From assembly GCA_033549025.1 (NCBI GenBank), contig JAWSUS010000001.1:64001-128000 (forward strand): a stretch of 64,000 nt of DNA, given 5' to 3'. Source of the DNA: Desulfuromonadales bacterium. GTDB taxonomy: Bacteria; Desulfobacterota; Desulfuromonadia; Desulfuromonadales; SZUA-540. Each line of letters opens with the position of its first letter. Positions within the stretch are counted from its first letter, which is position 1. The notes below the pieces were generated by a model, which did not search any database, had not been told where the DNA came from, and worked only from the letters and a program-made list of their open reading frames with translations. The position numbers were made by a program, and so were the translations under genes. Below are positions 1 through 11,040 of this stretch, in pieces.

Positions 1-657
1 TTTTCCCAGCGCATTGCCGAGATCGAAGACCGTGTCCACCCGGGTGTCGGAGACAACGGCCTTCACTTCGGCTACATCAATTAAACGTTCCTCCCCTACA
101 TACCCGTAGAGCTTGCTCAGTTCGGCATCAATTTCCTGAAGATTGGTGCCGACACGGCGGCAGAAAAGAGCTAACCCCTCTTCTGTGAAACTCTTTTTCG
201 CTTCCCTGACGTGGTTCTTGACGAAGGCCGGGATTTGATTGTCGTAGAGCGGCTTGAATTCGACCAACTCACCGTGCTTTTTAAATTCCTGAAAAAATTT
301 TCGGCGGGCATCGATCTTGTCGGCGACGAAGATCAGCACGGTTTCAGGAACGGCATAAGGCAGATAGGGGAGGAAAAGGTCGAGTTGTGCCGCGGTCAGG
401 AGCTGGGCGTCCTTGATGATAATAAGACGGCGGGCAGAAAAGACCGGGAAGGTGCGGGCGGCATCGAGAATATTTTCTACAGCGGCGTCCTTGCCATAGT
501 AGATGGTCAGATTGAAATCACGGGCGTCGGCCGGGACAAGGGAATCGCGCAGGGCTTCCAGGCAGCGGTCACGCAAATAGGTTTCCGCCCCATGGAGATA
601 AATCAGAGAGGGTACCTTGCCATCGTCAACAGCCCGTAAAAGTTCAACATGAGTCAT
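1..657 (-). CDS. holA: DNA polymerase III delta subunit (5' part; runs off window start)
   Basis: Not in the ORF track. Manual translation from ATG 657 gives MTHVELLRAVDDGKVPSLIYLHGAETYLRDRCLEALRDSLVPADARDFNLTIYYG..., a typical HolA N-terminus, in the canonical leuS-lptE-holA order. Confidence 0.88.
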   Translation of the reverse strand, partial: MTHVELLRAVDDGKVPSLIYLHGAETYLRDRCLEALRDSLVPADARDFNLTIYYGKDAAVENILDAARTFPVFSARRLIIIKDAQLLTAAQLDLFLPYLPYAVPETVLIFVADKIDARRKFFQEFKKHGELVEFKPLYDNQIPAFVKNHVREAKKSFTEEGLALFCRRVGTNLQEIDAELSKLYGYVGEERLIDVAEVKAVVSDTRVDTVFDLGNALGK

Positions 658-673
658 GACTTTTCATCCCCGG

Positions 674-1186
674 TCAAAAGTTTTCAAGGATGCGAAAGTA
701 CAACTCTTCGGCCACGCGTTCGGCGATCAGGCTCTGGATTTCGCTTTCCCGGTCTTCCTGTACGCCTTTGTCCGGGCTTGTGCGGTATTCATCATCCCAG
801 ACAACCTGGCCCTTCCACAAAGCCTTGCCATCGGTCGCCTGTCGCAGGGTCGCCTGAACGGAAAGTGTAGCGCGATACTCGAGGATTCTGTCTTCGGGAC
901 CATAGGATACCGCCGACGACGAATATCCCGTGACCGTCCCCGTCAAAACGACATCGGCGTCATCCCAGCTCTCGACGATCTCCATCTCGGGCTTGCGCGC
1001 AAACCTGGTCACCACGGCGTTAGTGACCAGGTCTTCCAGGTAAGGTTCAGCCGTCTTATTGCCGAACAGCTCGACATACAGTCTGTTTTCCCCTTCAGAA
1101 AAGCGATTCGTCTTTTCGGAAAACTGGTAGCCGCACCCGCCAAGCATCAGAAGGCAAAGGACCAGAAAAGGGAGCGCGGACCTCAT
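674..1186 (-). CDS. lptE: LPS assembly lipoprotein LptE family
   Basis: Lipobox LGGCGY; position between leuS and holA. Confidence 0.85.
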   Translation of the reverse strand: MRSALPFLVLCLLMLGGCGYQFSEKTNRFSEGENRLYVELFGNKTAEPYLEDLVTNAVVTRFARKPEMEIVESWDDADVVLTGTVTGYSSSAVSYGPEDRILEYRATLSVQATLRQATDGKALWKGQVVWDDEYRTSPDKGVQEDRESEIQSLIAERVAEELYFRILENF

Positions 1187-3738
1187 GCCACCACCACGCT
1201 GACGAGGCGACCAGGCACCACGACAATTTTTCGAATCGTTTTGCCTTCAAGGAAGCGCGCCACGTTTTCCTCTTCGATGGCCGCCGTCTTGATCGCCTCT
1301 TCCCCGGCGTCTGCGGCTACCGTGATCTTGCCACGTACCTTGCCGTTGACCTGCACAACGATGAGCTTTTCATCTTCCACCAAAGCCTCGGCATCTACCT
1401 GGGGCCAGCCCGCCTCACTGAGTCGGTCCCGATGGCCGATGAGGCTCCACAATTCTTCGGTGATGTGAGGCACAAACGGCGACAGCAGGCGCAGGACAGC
1501 CTCGATGGCTTCACGTACCGCACCGGGGTATTTCTCCTTTTCGTCAAAGCCGTACAGGGCGTTCACCAGTTCCATGACGGCAGCAATGGCCGTGTTGAAG
1601 TGGAAGCGACCATCGATATCTTCCGTCACCTTTTTGATGGTTCGGTGGGTAGCCCGGCGCAGATTTCTGGCCGCGCCATCGAGCTCGGGAACAATGGAGG
1701 CGGCGCCCAGCAGGGCATGGTTTTCATAGACAATGCGCCAAACCCGCCCCAAAAAGCGATAACATCCTTCGACCCCCTGATCGTTCCACTCCAGGTCTTT
1801 TTCGGGAGGAGCGGCAAAAAGGGTAAAGAGACGGGCCGTATCAGCGCCATAACGGCTGATGAGATTGTCCGGGTCGACCACGTTTTTCTTGGATTTACTC
1901 ATCTTCTCGTTGCGGCCGGTCACGGCTTCGGCCTGACAGCGGGAACACTTGCCCTCCACGACTTCCTCAGGATAAAGCCAGCCATGCTCGGGGCAGGAAC
2001 GGGTTTCCATGCACACCATTCCCTGTGTCAGGAGATTGGTGAAAGGTTCGTCAACCTTCATCATGCCCAGATCGCGAAGGACCTTGGTAAAAAAGCGCGC
2101 ATACAATAGATGCATGACCGCATGTTCGACCCCGCCGATATATTGATCAACCGGCAGCCAGTACTCCGCCGCCGCTTTATCGACGGGACCGGAAGGAAAG
2201 TCGGGGCAGGTGTAGCGGGCAAAATACCAGGAGCTCTCAACAAAGGTGTCGAAGGTGTCGCATTCCCGCCGGGCTACTTCGCCGCACTGGGGGCAAGTCA
2301 CGCGGACAAAATCCTGGCTTTTGGCCAGGGGGCTTCCCCCCTCGCCAGTAAATTCAACGTCGGTAGGCAACACCACCGGCAGGTCCTGTTCGGGCACGGG
2401 AACGACGCCACAGACGTCGCAGTAGATGATGGGGATGGGAGTACCCCAGTAGCGTTGCCGGGAAACCCCCCAGTCGCGCAGACGATAGTTGACCGTCTTT
2501 TGGCCGATGCCTTCCTGCTGCAGGTAATCGGCAATCTTCTCCTTGGCCGTATCGTTGTCCAGCCCATCAAAAGTACCGGAGTTGACCATAATGCCTGGAC
2601 CCGTCCAGGCCTCGGTCATGGTCTCGGCCGCCAACGCCTCTCCTTGCGGCTGAATGACCACAACTTTAGGCAGATCGTATTTTTGGGCAAACTCGAAATC
2701 GCGCTGGTCGTGGGTGGGAACAGCCATGACGGCGCCAGTGCCGTAATCCATCAGCACGAAATTGGCCAAAAAGACCGGCATACGCTTCTTGCTGACGGGG
2801 TTGATGCAATAGGCACCGGTAAAAACACCCTCCTTTTCCAGATCGTCGCTAGTGCGCTTGATCTTGTCCTGCTTCTTGATGCGGGCAATGAAATCCTCGA
2901 CCTCCTGACGCCGGTCAGCCGTAGCGATCTCAAGCGCCAGTGGATGCTCGGGAGCCAGACTCATGAAGGTCGCCCCGAATAGCGTGTCCTGACGGGTGGT
3001 GAAGACGCGGATCTTCTTGAGCGCCCCTTCCAGCGGAAAATCGATTTCGCAACCCGTGCTGCGGCCGATCCAGTTTCTCTGCATGGTCAACACGGACTCA
3101 GGCCAGCCCTTGAGTTCTTCGATGCAGTCGAGCAGTTCCTGAGCGTACGCGGTGGTCTTGAAGAACCACTGCTCCAGTTCCTTGGGCACCACCTCGCTGT
3201 CGCAGCGCCAGCAGCATCCTTCTTCCACCTGCTCGTTGGCCAGAACCGTCTGACACTCGGGACACCAGTTGACGGAAGAGCTCTTCTTGTAGGCCAAACC
3301 CTTTTCGTACATCTTGAGAAAGACGAGCTGTTCCCATTTGTAGTAGTCGACATCACAGGTCGCCAGTTCGCGGTCCCAATCGTAAGAAAGACCCATTTTT
3401 TTCAGCTGCGAACGCATGTTGGCGATGTTCTCATAGGTCCACTTGGCCGGATGGGTGCCATGCTGAATGGCGGCGTTTTCCGCCGGCATCCCGAAGGCAT
3501 CCCAGCCCATGGGATGAAGAACATTGAAGCCCTGCATGCGCTTGAAGCGGGCGACAACGTCCCCGATGGAATAATTGCGTACATGGCCCATATGGATACG
3601 ACCCGACGGATAGGGGAACATCTCCAGAAGATAGTATTTGGGCTTGTCGGAGAATTCTCCGACCTTAAAGGTCTTTTCCTCTTCCCATATCTTCTGCCAT
3701 TTGCCTTCTAGGGTCGTGGCGTTATACCGCTCTTCCAT
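1183..3738 (-). CDS. leuS: Leucine--tRNA ligase
   Basis: MFPYPSG..HMGH (HIGH motif), KMSKS, editing domain [14 protein letters not shown]; 851 aa. Confidence 0.98.
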   Translation of the reverse strand: MEERYNATTLEGKWQKIWEEEKTFKVGEFSDKPKYYLLEMFPYPSGRIHMGHVRNYSIGDVVARFKRMQGFNVLHPMGWDAFGMPAENAAIQHGTHPAKWTYENIANMRSQLKKMGLSYDWDRELATCDVDYYKWEQLVFLKMYEKGLAYKKSSSVNWCPECQTVLANEQVEEGCCWRCDSEVVPKELEQWFFKTTAYAQELLDCIEELKGWPESVLTMQRNWIGRSTGCEIDFPLEGALKKIRVFTTRQDTLFGATFMSLAPEHPLALEIATADRRQEVEDFIARIKKQDKIKRTSDDLEKEGVFTGAYCINPVSKKRMPVFLANFVLMDYGTGAVMAVPTHDQRDFEFAQKYDLPKVVVIQPQGEALAAETMTEAWTGPGIMVNSGTFDGLDNDTAKEKIADYLQQEGIGQKTVNYRLRDWGVSRQRYWGTPIPIIYCDVCGVVPVPEQDLPVVLPTDVEFTGEGGSPLAKSQDFVRVTCPQCGEVARRECDTFDTFVESSWYFARYTCPDFPSGPVDKAAAEYWLPVDQYIGGVEHAVMHLLYARFFTKVLRDLGMMKVDEPFTNLLTQGMVCMETRSCPEHGWLYPEEVVEGKCSRCQAEAVTGRNEKMSKSKKNVVDPDNLISRYGADTARLFTLFAAPPEKDLEWNDQGVEGCYRFLGRVWRIVYENHALLGAASIVPELDGAARNLRRATHRTIKKVTEDIDGRFHFNTAIAAVMELVNALYGFDEKEKYPGAVREAIEAVLRLLSPFVPHITEELWSLIGHRDRLSEAGWPQVDAEALVEDEKLIVVQVNGKVRGKITVAADAGEEAIKTAAIEEENVARFLEGKTIRKIVVVPGRLVSVVVA

Positions 3739-3766
3739 AGTGCCTCCGAAATGTCACTTCACGGGG

Positions 3767-3797
3767 AAAAAACAGGAATACCGGCATGCGCCGGTAT
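3767..3797 (-). terminator. Hairpin with short U tract between infA and leuS (terminator/attenuator-like)
   Basis: Minus strand ATACCGGC-GCAT-GCCGGTAT followed by TCCTGTTTTTT. Confidence 0.45.
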
Positions 3798-3897
3798 GGT
3801 TGTCGTCAATGAATGGCCACGGCTCTGCGCTGGCGCAGAGAGCACCAGCACGGGCCGCAGAGAACCGCTTTGCCCACAAGAGGACGGCGAAAACGGC

Positions 3898-4116
3898 TTA
3901 CTTTTCGCGATAGGTGATTCGGCCGCGGGTCAGGTCGTAGGGCGAGAGCTCTACGGTGACACGGTCACCGGGCAGAATGCGGATATAAAATTTGCGCATC
4001 TTTCCGGAAATGTGTGCCAGGACAATATGTCCGTTATCCAGTTTGACCCGAAACATGGCATTGGGTAGCGGTTCGATGACCGATCCCTCGACTTCTATTG
4101 CTTCTTCCTTTGCCAA
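3898..4116 (-). CDS. infA: Translation initiation factor IF-1
   Basis: [35 protein letters not shown] start after GGAGG gives 72 aa. Confidence 0.97.
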   Translation of the reverse strand: MAKEEAIEVEGSVIEPLPNAMFRVKLDNGHIVLAHISGKMRKFYIRILPGDRVTVELSPYDLTRGRITYREK

Positions 4117-4174
4117 AATGGCCTCCATCTAAAAATTAATTGAAACAGGGAAAAGGCAGTATCAAAACCCGGCT

Positions 4175-4204
4175 ATTTAACCTAAATACAACAGGCGTTG
4201 TCAA
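4175..4204 (-). promoter_or_regulatory. Putative sigma70 promoter of infA
   Basis: TTGACA-18 nt-TTAAAT on the minus strand. Confidence 0.5.
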
Positions 4205-4245
4205 GTCCCATCCCCGGGGCCAGGCAACATAGCCTGCCCTCAGAC

Positions 4246-4626
4246 TTATACGGCAAGATTCAGCAGACGTTTGGCTGAATCGATAATCTTGGTGGTCTGA
4301 ATCGGTTTGGTAATATATTCATTGGCCCCCAGGGCGAGCGCCCTTTCACGGTCTTCATGCGCCCCTTCGGTGGTAATAATGACAATGGGAACACTCTTGT
4401 AGCTGGGATCGTTGCGGACCAGGCTGACGAGTTTCAACCCATCCATGATCGGCATATTGATATCGGTGAAGATCAGATCGAACTTCTCAACGGACAACTT
4501 CTTGAGACCATCCACGCCATCACTGGCCTCGACAATTGAAAGTCCTCGCATCCGCTTCAGGGCAAATACGATGAGTTGCCGCATCGTCGGCGAATCTTCA
4601 ACGACGAGCACCTTGTAGGTTGACAT
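4246..4626 (-). CDS. cheY: CheY-like single-domain response regulator
   Basis: VEDSPTMR..DLIFTDINMP..YITKP; last gene of the che operon. Confidence 0.88.
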   Translation of the reverse strand: MSTYKVLVVEDSPTMRQLIVFALKRMRGLSIVEASDGVDGLKKLSVEKFDLIFTDINMPIMDGLKLVSLVRNDPSYKSVPIVIITTEGAHEDRERALALGANEYITKPIQTTKIIDSAKRLLNLAV

Positions 4627-4640
4627 GGAACCCTCCCCCA

Positions 4641-5468
4641 TCATTTGGTCAACAGATCAAGAAAACCCTGAATCGTCGAGAGTTTGCGCTCGGATTCAGA
4701 ATAAAGTTTCGATGAGAATATGGCTGTAGCCGCGTGACCGGCGAGCAGTGTAAAGAGCTCGTAATCGACTTCGGCGAAACGCTTCTTCTGCACGAGAAGC
4801 TTGTAAATGGCGATAACGCCGATCACATGCTCTTTGATTTTAAGGGGGATACAAACAATGGGATGATGCAGGTCCCGGCTGTAGTTTTCCATATCCTCGA
4901 TAAAATAATTTTCGCCGGTTTTGGCCATCTGACCAATGATGCCATCACCAATGGAGATAATCGGCACGTCCTGCGTTTCCATACCTTCGGAAGCAACCGC
5001 CTGCAGGGTGTTGCTTTTGTCATCAAGCAGCATGACCGCAAATTCCTCGGCCCCGATGAGATTGATGACAATCTCCATGATGATCTGCAGAACTTCTTTA
5101 AAATCCAGCGTGGAATGGAGTTGATAAGAGGCGATATAAAGGTTGGCCAGATTGTTGTTCTCGGTTTCCACCTCGACATAGCGATTGGCGAAATCGTGGT
5201 TTTCCTCTTCAACCTGCTTGATCCGATCCAGGATCTTCAGTTTTTCCGATTCCAACTCCTCGATGCGCTGGCGAAGTTTGCGGATCTCTTCCTCCGCCTC
5301 GCCAAAATGGCCTCCTTCACCCTTACCGGCTTCCAGTTGGAGAATCTGGTAGCGCAGACGCTCGTTTTCACGCAGCAGTTCCTGGGTAAACTCCGCCCCC
5401 TTTTTAAAGACCTGAAGAAATTCTTCCGCTTTTTTGACTGTACCTTTATCGTCCATGGTTTCGCTCAT
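4641..5468 (-). CDS. Coiled-coil plus GAF domain protein (che operon accessory)
   Basis: N-terminal heptad-rich helix; C-terminal GAF-like GIIGQMA..CIPLKIKEHVIGVI. Confidence 0.8.
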   Translation of the reverse strand: MSETMDDKGTVKKAEEFLQVFKKGAEFTQELLRENERLRYQILQLEAGKGEGGHFGEAEEEIRKLRQRIEELESEKLKILDRIKQVEEENHDFANRYVEVETENNNLANLYIASYQLHSTLDFKEVLQIIMEIVINLIGAEEFAVMLLDDKSNTLQAVASEGMETQDVPIISIGDGIIGQMAKTGENYFIEDMENYSRDLHHPIVCIPLKIKEHVIGVIAIYKLLVQKKRFAEVDYELFTLLAGHAATAIFSSKLYSESERKLSTIQGFLDLLTK

Positions 5469-5555
5469 GGCAAACTCCCATAAAATAGGCTTACCGTCAT
5501 ATTCGGGACATCCTAACAGCACCCGGACAAAATTTCCAGCATTTCCTTGCAGGAA

Positions 5556-6626
5556 CTAGAGTCCACAACGCCTTAGAATTTCAGTACATAGAAGCGGAAG
5601 GGGGACAACCTTGTCGACCCGGCCGGTCGCTATGGCCTCTTTGGGCATGCCGAAAACGACACTGCTCTCTTCCGCCTCAGCCAGGGTCTGCCCGCCCACT
5701 TCCTTGATGGAGACAACGCCCTTGGCACCGTCGTTGCCCATACCCGTCAGCACGACAGCGAGAAGATTCGGGCCATAAACGCGAGCCGCCGAATCGAACA
5801 TGACGTCGACGCTGGGAACATAGCGATGTTCGGCACCGGGATCGCGCGCGTGGGCCAGAATACGGCCGGCATCTTCGACAAAGGTCAGGTTGCGCCCCCC
5901 CGGCGCGATCAGAACGCGGCCAGGCTCCATGACGTCCCCGGTCTGCGCTTCACTGACATCGAGCGCACAGAACTTGTTCAGACGCTCGGCAAAGGCACGG
6001 GTAAACCCCGCCGGCATATGCTGGGAAACAGCAATACCTACCGGGATCTTCTCGGTGATCTGCGACAGGATGGCTTGCAGGGCCGGTGGTCCTCCTGTCG
6101 AGGCGCCGATAACGACCTGGGATATCGCGGGGCCGGCCGTAATGCGCCGATGGTGTTTGATCACTGTTTCCTCAGGGCGCGGTGATTCCCCTCCCCCAAG
6201 CGGCCGCCGGAGCACCTTGCGCATATCCGTCAGAACAACCGCGCGCACCTTTCGATGCAGGTCTTCTTTAATGGAGAGCAATTCGGTGGAGATGCGGGCG
6301 GTAGGCTTGGAAACGAAATCGACCGCACCGAACTCAAGGGCTTTAAAGACGTTTTCATCATCGGTTCGCGCTGAAACAACGATGACCGGCGTCGGCCTGT
6401 TCTGCATGACGATGCGGAGAAAAGAGAATCCGTCCATCCGCGGCATTTCGAGGTCGAGAGTGACCAGATCCGGTTTCAGGTCAAAGACCTTGCGCAACCC
6501 CTCCTCACCATCGCAGGCATAGCCCACCACCTTGACGCCGGGCAGATCTTCCAGCATCTTGGTGATCGCCCGCCGATTATAAGCCGAATCATCAACAACA
6601 AGGACGCGAACGGGTTGACTATTCAT
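5556..6626 (-). CDS. cheB: Chemotaxis methylesterase/glutaminase CheB
   Basis: REC domain plus GASTGGP, QHMP and LTGMGNDG motifs. Confidence 0.96.
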   Translation of the reverse strand: MNSQPVRVLVVDDSAYNRRAITKMLEDLPGVKVVGYACDGEEGLRKVFDLKPDLVTLDLEMPRMDGFSFLRIVMQNRPTPVIVVSARTDDENVFKALEFGAVDFVSKPTARISTELLSIKEDLHRKVRAVVLTDMRKVLRRPLGGGESPRPEETVIKHHRRITAGPAISQVVIGASTGGPPALQAILSQITEKIPVGIAVSQHMPAGFTRAFAERLNKFCALDVSEAQTGDVMEPGRVLIAPGGRNLTFVEDAGRILAHARDPGAEHRYVPSVDVMFDSAARVYGPNLLAVVLTGMGNDGAKGVVSIKEVGGQTLAEAEESSVVFGMPKEAIATGRVDKVVPLPLLCTEILRRCGL

Positions 6627-7519
6627 GCCGCACCCCCTTCAAAACCCGGTTGGGATGGTCGCTGATACACCATGTCATGGGTGAAGTGGCGCAGGGTGAA
6701 GACGTTGGTGATGTTCATCAGGGATTCCGAATGGCCTAGCAGCAAGAAGCCTCCAGGCCGGAGGCGCTGAAAGAAACTGTCGACCACCTTTTTTTTGGCA
6801 GCCATATCAAAATAAATAATAACGTTCCGGCAAAAAATGACGTCCATCCGCCCGAGAAGAGAAACGCGAGGAGCATCGAAAAGGTTGAGGTGGCTGATAG
6901 TCACCAGGTTCCGGACCCGATCGTTGATACGAAACTTCCCATCAACGGCGTCAAAGAAACGCTGCTGATAATCAGGAGGCGTCGCGCGGAACGATGAGGT
7001 TCCGTAAACGCCCTTCCGAGCCAACTGCAAAACGCGCTGGCTGATATCTGTGCCGATGATATCGACCTGAAAATCGGCCAGAAGAGGATGGTTCAGCAGA
7101 AGCATGGCGATGGTGTACGGTTCCTCACCGGAAGAACACCCGGCACTCCATATCCGAATGCGCCTGTCTTTGTCCTTTTCCTTCTGGCGGACAATTTCGG
7201 GTAAAATTTCTTCAATCAGGGTCTTGAGCTGAAAATCTTCACGAAAGAAATAGGTTTCATTGGTGGTGAGCAAATCAATGAGTTCCGTCAACTCCTGATC
7301 TTTGTCCTTGTTGTAGCGAAGATAGTAATAGTAGTCCCTGAAACTCTCCAACTGCAGATGCTGAAGTCGTTTGCCAAGCCTCTTCTCGAGTAGATATTTG
7401 GAATCTTCTGAAAAGTTCAGACCACAGTAATGGTAGACAAAATCCCTGATCAACTGGAACTCGTCCATCGACATGGCGATACTGGGAGAAGAGAACAAAA
7501 ATGACATAATCCTAGACAT
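6623..7519 (-). CDS. cheR: Chemotaxis methyltransferase CheR (start 7519 or 7507)
   Basis: [36 protein letters not shown]. Confidence 0.96.
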   Translation of the reverse strand: MSRIMSFLFSSPSIAMSMDEFQLIRDFVYHYCGLNFSEDSKYLLEKRLGKRLQHLQLESFRDYYYYLRYNKDKDQELTELIDLLTTNETYFFREDFQLKTLIEEILPEIVRQKEKDKDRRIRIWSAGCSSGEEPYTIAMLLLNHPLLADFQVDIIGTDISQRVLQLARKGVYGTSSFRATPPDYQQRFFDAVDGKFRINDRVRNLVTISHLNLFDAPRVSLLGRMDVIFCRNVIIYFDMAAKKKVVDSFFQRLRPGGFLLLGHSESLMNITNVFTLRHFTHDMVYQRPSQPGFEGGAA

Positions 7520-9533
7520 TCCCCCTGGCAACATCTTCCAGCAAAGCATCGAGCTGACGGCGGACGAGGTCGTCCCTTTCCTGCCTGTTCATTTCACGCA
7601 GAACAGCCATTGCCTGATCCCCGGCCTCTTCAGCCAGAACCCGGGCATAGGCAAGACGTACCTCCGAAGCGCCATGCTGGCAAAGACAGGACTGTGCCGA
7701 TTCGATCTCCCGCTGTCGCCCTGCCGCGACCAAAATTTTGAGACTGGCACAAACGACCTCGGCATCAGGGTGCGATAAGGCTTTCACCAAAAAGGGCGTT
7801 GCCTGTTCCAGGTTTTGTTCGGCCAGGGTTTCCAGGGCAGCAATCACCACCAGGCCGACCGGGTCGTTCAGGGCGCGGACCAGCAGGCTTTGGGCCTCAG
7901 GATGGTCGGTGGCGCCCAGCCCACGGACAGCCGAAACCCGGACCCAAAGGTCCTCGTCCTGCACAACCAGGGAGAGGGGTTCGAAGGCATCACGCCCCAC
8001 CGAGCGGGCAAAAACGTCGACGGCCATGCGGCGGACCTCGGGGTCTTCATCGGTCAAGGTCAGCAGCAGGGCATCGCGGTGCCGACCGCTGCAGCATTTC
8101 CCAAGCGCCCTCACGGCAGCCTGTCTCACCTGGGAGGATTCATCCTTAAGAGCGAAAACGAGGGCTGATTCAGCCGCGGGTACATCGAGGCGCGATATCA
8201 CCGAAACAGCAGAGGTCCTTAACTGGGAATCTTCCGCGCCAAGCAGTTTCTGCAGGGCACCATAGACCTTTTCCGGGCATTTGCCCCCAAGGGTCGAAAG
8301 GGATTCCAGGGCAGCAGCTCGTACCGTTTCGCTTGGGTCATCCAGTAACGAAACCAGTGGCGAAACGGCCTTTTCAACCCCGAGCGATCCAAGAGCCTGG
8401 GCAGATACAGCGCGCAGGTCGGCATCTTCGGATTTTAGTGCGGAGAGAAGATGATTCAGTCCTTCGACACAACCGGTCATGCCGACGACATAGGCCAGAT
8501 AGGGCCGCTGATACGCTTCGATATGGGTCCAATGATCCATCAACGCTGCGGCAGCTTTTCTCCCCATGGAAATCAGCGCTCTGGTGGTGGCCTCACGCAG
8601 ACTGTCCTCGGCCAGCAAGGGAAGGAGCCGGTGCGCGGTCTGTTCGTCTCTTAAGGCGCCAAGAAGGTATAGCGCTGCCCGCCTCACCCGATCGGGGTTG
8701 TCCTCCAGAAGGCGGATAGTCGCTTCAACCAGATTTTTGCGCATGGGCGCCGGCAGATGAGCGGTCAATTCACCGGGATTTCGCCTCTCCACCTTTTCGA
8801 GGGCCAGCAGGGCCGAATGCCGGACATTGGGCCTGTCGTCTAAAAGACCCTGCACCAGTTCTTCAACGACCTCCACGCCCCCCAGTTGTCCGAGACAATC
8901 ATAAAGCGCCTTGCGCAGGAGAGGCTCCTGCCCCCATTTCAACAGGGATGCGGCGGGAACATCAGCTCCGATCTGGCCCAAGGCCTGCAATATGGTGAAG
9001 CGCAACAGAAGGTCGGCCTCTTCCATCAACTCCAAGAGCGGGCCGACAGCTGCCGAGGAGCCCATTTTCCCAAGGTTTTCCGCCGCTGCCGCCCTGATAT
9101 TGCCATCGTTGTCGGACAACGCTTCGATCATCAGCGGAACCGCCGAGGTGTCGCGGATTTCGCCCAGGATATCCAGGATAAATTTGCGAACATCGCGGTC
9201 TTCGGTCTTCATCTCAGCAAAGAGACAAGACAGCGATTGCCGGCCGAGCCGCGTAAGAATTTCAACGGCAGCATTGCGCGCTCCCGCGTTATCATCGGCG
9301 TGTAGAAGAGCAGCGACGTCGCGAATATGGTCAGGCGCCGCGGGCTGCGCCAAAAAAACTTCAACAGCCTCTTTACGGACCCGCCAACTCGAATCGCCCA
9401 TAGCCCTGTACAACAGGGGTAACCAATCCTCTCCAAAGGAAACGCGTAGCGCCCGCAGGCCATCAAGACGTTCTTCCTCCAGGGAAGAATTGAGATTTTG
9501 CCTGATATCCTCAGGAGTTACTTGGGAATGCAC
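7512..9533 (-). CDS. HEAT/PBS-lyase repeat protein
   Basis: Many L.D....VR..A..ALG repeats across 673 aa. Confidence 0.9.
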   Translation of the reverse strand: MHSQVTPEDIRQNLNSSLEEERLDGLRALRVSFGEDWLPLLYRAMGDSSWRVRKEAVEVFLAQPAAPDHIRDVAALLHADDNAGARNAAVEILTRLGRQSLSCLFAEMKTEDRDVRKFILDILGEIRDTSAVPLMIEALSDNDGNIRAAAAENLGKMGSSAAVGPLLELMEEADLLLRFTILQALGQIGADVPAASLLKWGQEPLLRKALYDCLGQLGGVEVVEELVQGLLDDRPNVRHSALLALEKVERRNPGELTAHLPAPMRKNLVEATIRLLEDNPDRVRRAALYLLGALRDEQTAHRLLPLLAEDSLREATTRALISMGRKAAAALMDHWTHIEAYQRPYLAYVVGMTGCVEGLNHLLSALKSEDADLRAVSAQALGSLGVEKAVSPLVSLLDDPSETVRAAALESLSTLGGKCPEKVYGALQKLLGAEDSQLRTSAVSVISRLDVPAAESALVFALKDESSQVRQAAVRALGKCCSGRHRDALLLTLTDEDPEVRRMAVDVFARSVGRDAFEPLSLVVQDEDLWVRVSAVRGLGATDHPEAQSLLVRALNDPVGLVVIAALETLAEQNLEQATPFLVKALSHPDAEVVCASLKILVAAGRQREIESAQSCLCQHGASEVRLAYARVLAEEAGDQAMAVLREMNRQERDDLVRRQLDALLEDVARGNV

Positions 9534-9552
9534 GTTTTTGCCTCTCTTCAGA

Positions 9553-10455
9553 TCAGGGACGAAGCTCTTTCTCGCGGCTTACGACAAAGTCAGATAAAGC
9601 CTGTTGAAAAAAATCGGCATGCTGCCCGGCAGCGCCGCTGTAGCGTTCCTCGAAGAGTCTTTGCCCTTCGGCGATCTCTGCCGCCAGAGCCTCGAAAAAA
9701 TTACCGTTTACAATACCCGCATCGACCTTCGGTTGGCTGTAAAGAGCGATGTCCGCCACGATGATCCGAGCAAAACGCCGGGCTTTTTCTGATTCGGTCT
9801 CCCCTCCCTCCTGCTCTTCAAGGTCATGAATGCGGTCTTTCATCCGCTCAATAAAGGAGGCAGCCGCGGACGGGCTCTTCCATTCACTCCCGACGGCACC
9901 GGATTCGGAAGGGGAAGATGAATTCATGTCACCGGCCAGCAGCTGGGAAATTTTGACGACCAGATCGCCGGGAATATGATGCTTTTCGATATACCCATCG
10001 GCGCCGTAGAGGGAGACCGGCGTTCGCTTGTAGGCCGTCTTGTTATACACAGAAGAGACCAAAAGCACCTTGACCTGATCGAGCCCGGGACGGCGGCGGA
10101 TTTTTTCGACGGCCTCAAAGGCGTAAAGGCCGGGCAAAGCGACGTCGAGGACAACGACATGGGGCGCTTCCTGCTCCATGAGGGACAAGGCCTGCTCCCC
10201 GTCGGAGCAGACGCGGCACGTCATCTCCGAACGATTCAAGACCTCCTGGATGGTGGTGCAAAGCTGGGGATCCCCATGAGCCACCAGAACCCGGACCAAG
10301 GAGCGGTCAAGGGTATCGGCATTGCGCTGGGATGAAACATCGACCTGGAATACCTTCTGACAGCGGGCACACCGCAGAGTCAATCGCTTCTTGTCGAGAT
10401 AGCGGTTTTCGGCCAACCGAAACCGGGCCGAGCACGCGGGACAGGTTATGATCAT
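9553..10455 (-). CDS. Zinc-ribbon (MJ0042-like) + receiver + C-terminal helical domain protein
   Basis: CPAC...CARC at the N-terminus; VVVLDVALP receiver; C-terminal ARRFARIIVADIALY. Confidence 0.82.
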   Translation of the reverse strand: MIITCPACSARFRLAENRYLDKKRLTLRCARCQKVFQVDVSSQRNADTLDRSLVRVLVAHGDPQLCTTIQEVLNRSEMTCRVCSDGEQALSLMEQEAPHVVVLDVALPGLYAFEAVEKIRRRPGLDQVKVLLVSSVYNKTAYKRTPVSLYGADGYIEKHHIPGDLVVKISQLLAGDMNSSSPSESGAVGSEWKSPSAAASFIERMKDRIHDLEEQEGGETESEKARRFARIIVADIALYSQPKVDAGIVNGNFFEALAAEIAEGQRLFEERYSGAAGQHADFFQQALSDFVVSREKELRP

Positions 10456-10500
10456 GGAAGCCCTTTGCATAATCGGGAACGGGAAGGAACAACCGGCGGG

Positions 10501-11040
10501 TCACTCCATCTCTTCAAACGGGTCGTCGGGCAACTGAGGGATTTTTTCCAGATCGATTTTTTCCCGGGAGGAAAGAATCTTTTCCAGATCGAGGATCATC
10601 AGCAGGTCGTCGTCATAGCGGCAGACCCCGGCGAAAAACTCGGTGCCGGGTCCCTTGAGAAAATACGGCGAAGGATAGACCTCTTTGCGGGTGTAGCGCC
10701 GGACTTCCGTAACCTCATCCACCCGAAGTCCGAGGATTTTGCCAAAGAGGGCGCACACCAGCACGCGCTCCTTCTTCAGGCCGTCTACGACGGTCAAGCC
10801 GAAGCGCTTGCGCAAATCCAGCACGGGAATAACCACATTGCGCAGGGTGAAGACCCCTTCGATAAAGGGGGGCGCATTGGGGATGGGGGTCAATCTGGGG
10901 GGGCGGATGATTTCCTTGATGCGCCTGATATCCAAGGAGTACATCTGCTCCCCGGCTCTGAAGCAGGCCAACTGGATTTCCTGACGCTCCCTGTCCCCGT
11001 CAGCGGACCCGGCAGACTGAGGCAAAGTCCTAGGGCTCAT
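10501..11040 (-). CDS. cheW: CheW adaptor
   Basis: IKEII..PIPNAPPFIEGVFTLRNVVIPVLDLR. Confidence 0.93.
   Translation of the reverse strand: MSPRTLPQSAGSADGDRERQEIQLACFRAGEQMYSLDIRRIKEIIRPPRLTPIPNAPPFIEGVFTLRNVVIPVLDLRKRFGLTVVDGLKKERVLVCALFGKILGLRVDEVTEVRRYTRKEVYPSPYFLKGPGTEFFAGVCRYDDDLLMILDLEKILSSREKIDLEKIPQLPDDPFEEME

Noticed and set aside
211..1468. Plus-strand ORFs 211-639 and 656-1468
   Set aside because: Antisense to holA, lptE and leuS
3840..3897. GGGCAAA upstream of leuS, and the GAAA-loop hairpin after hfq, as possible c-di-GMP/GEMM riboswitches
   Set aside because: The rest of the GEMM-I consensus (GGGACGCAAAG, tetraloop receptor, P1) is missing
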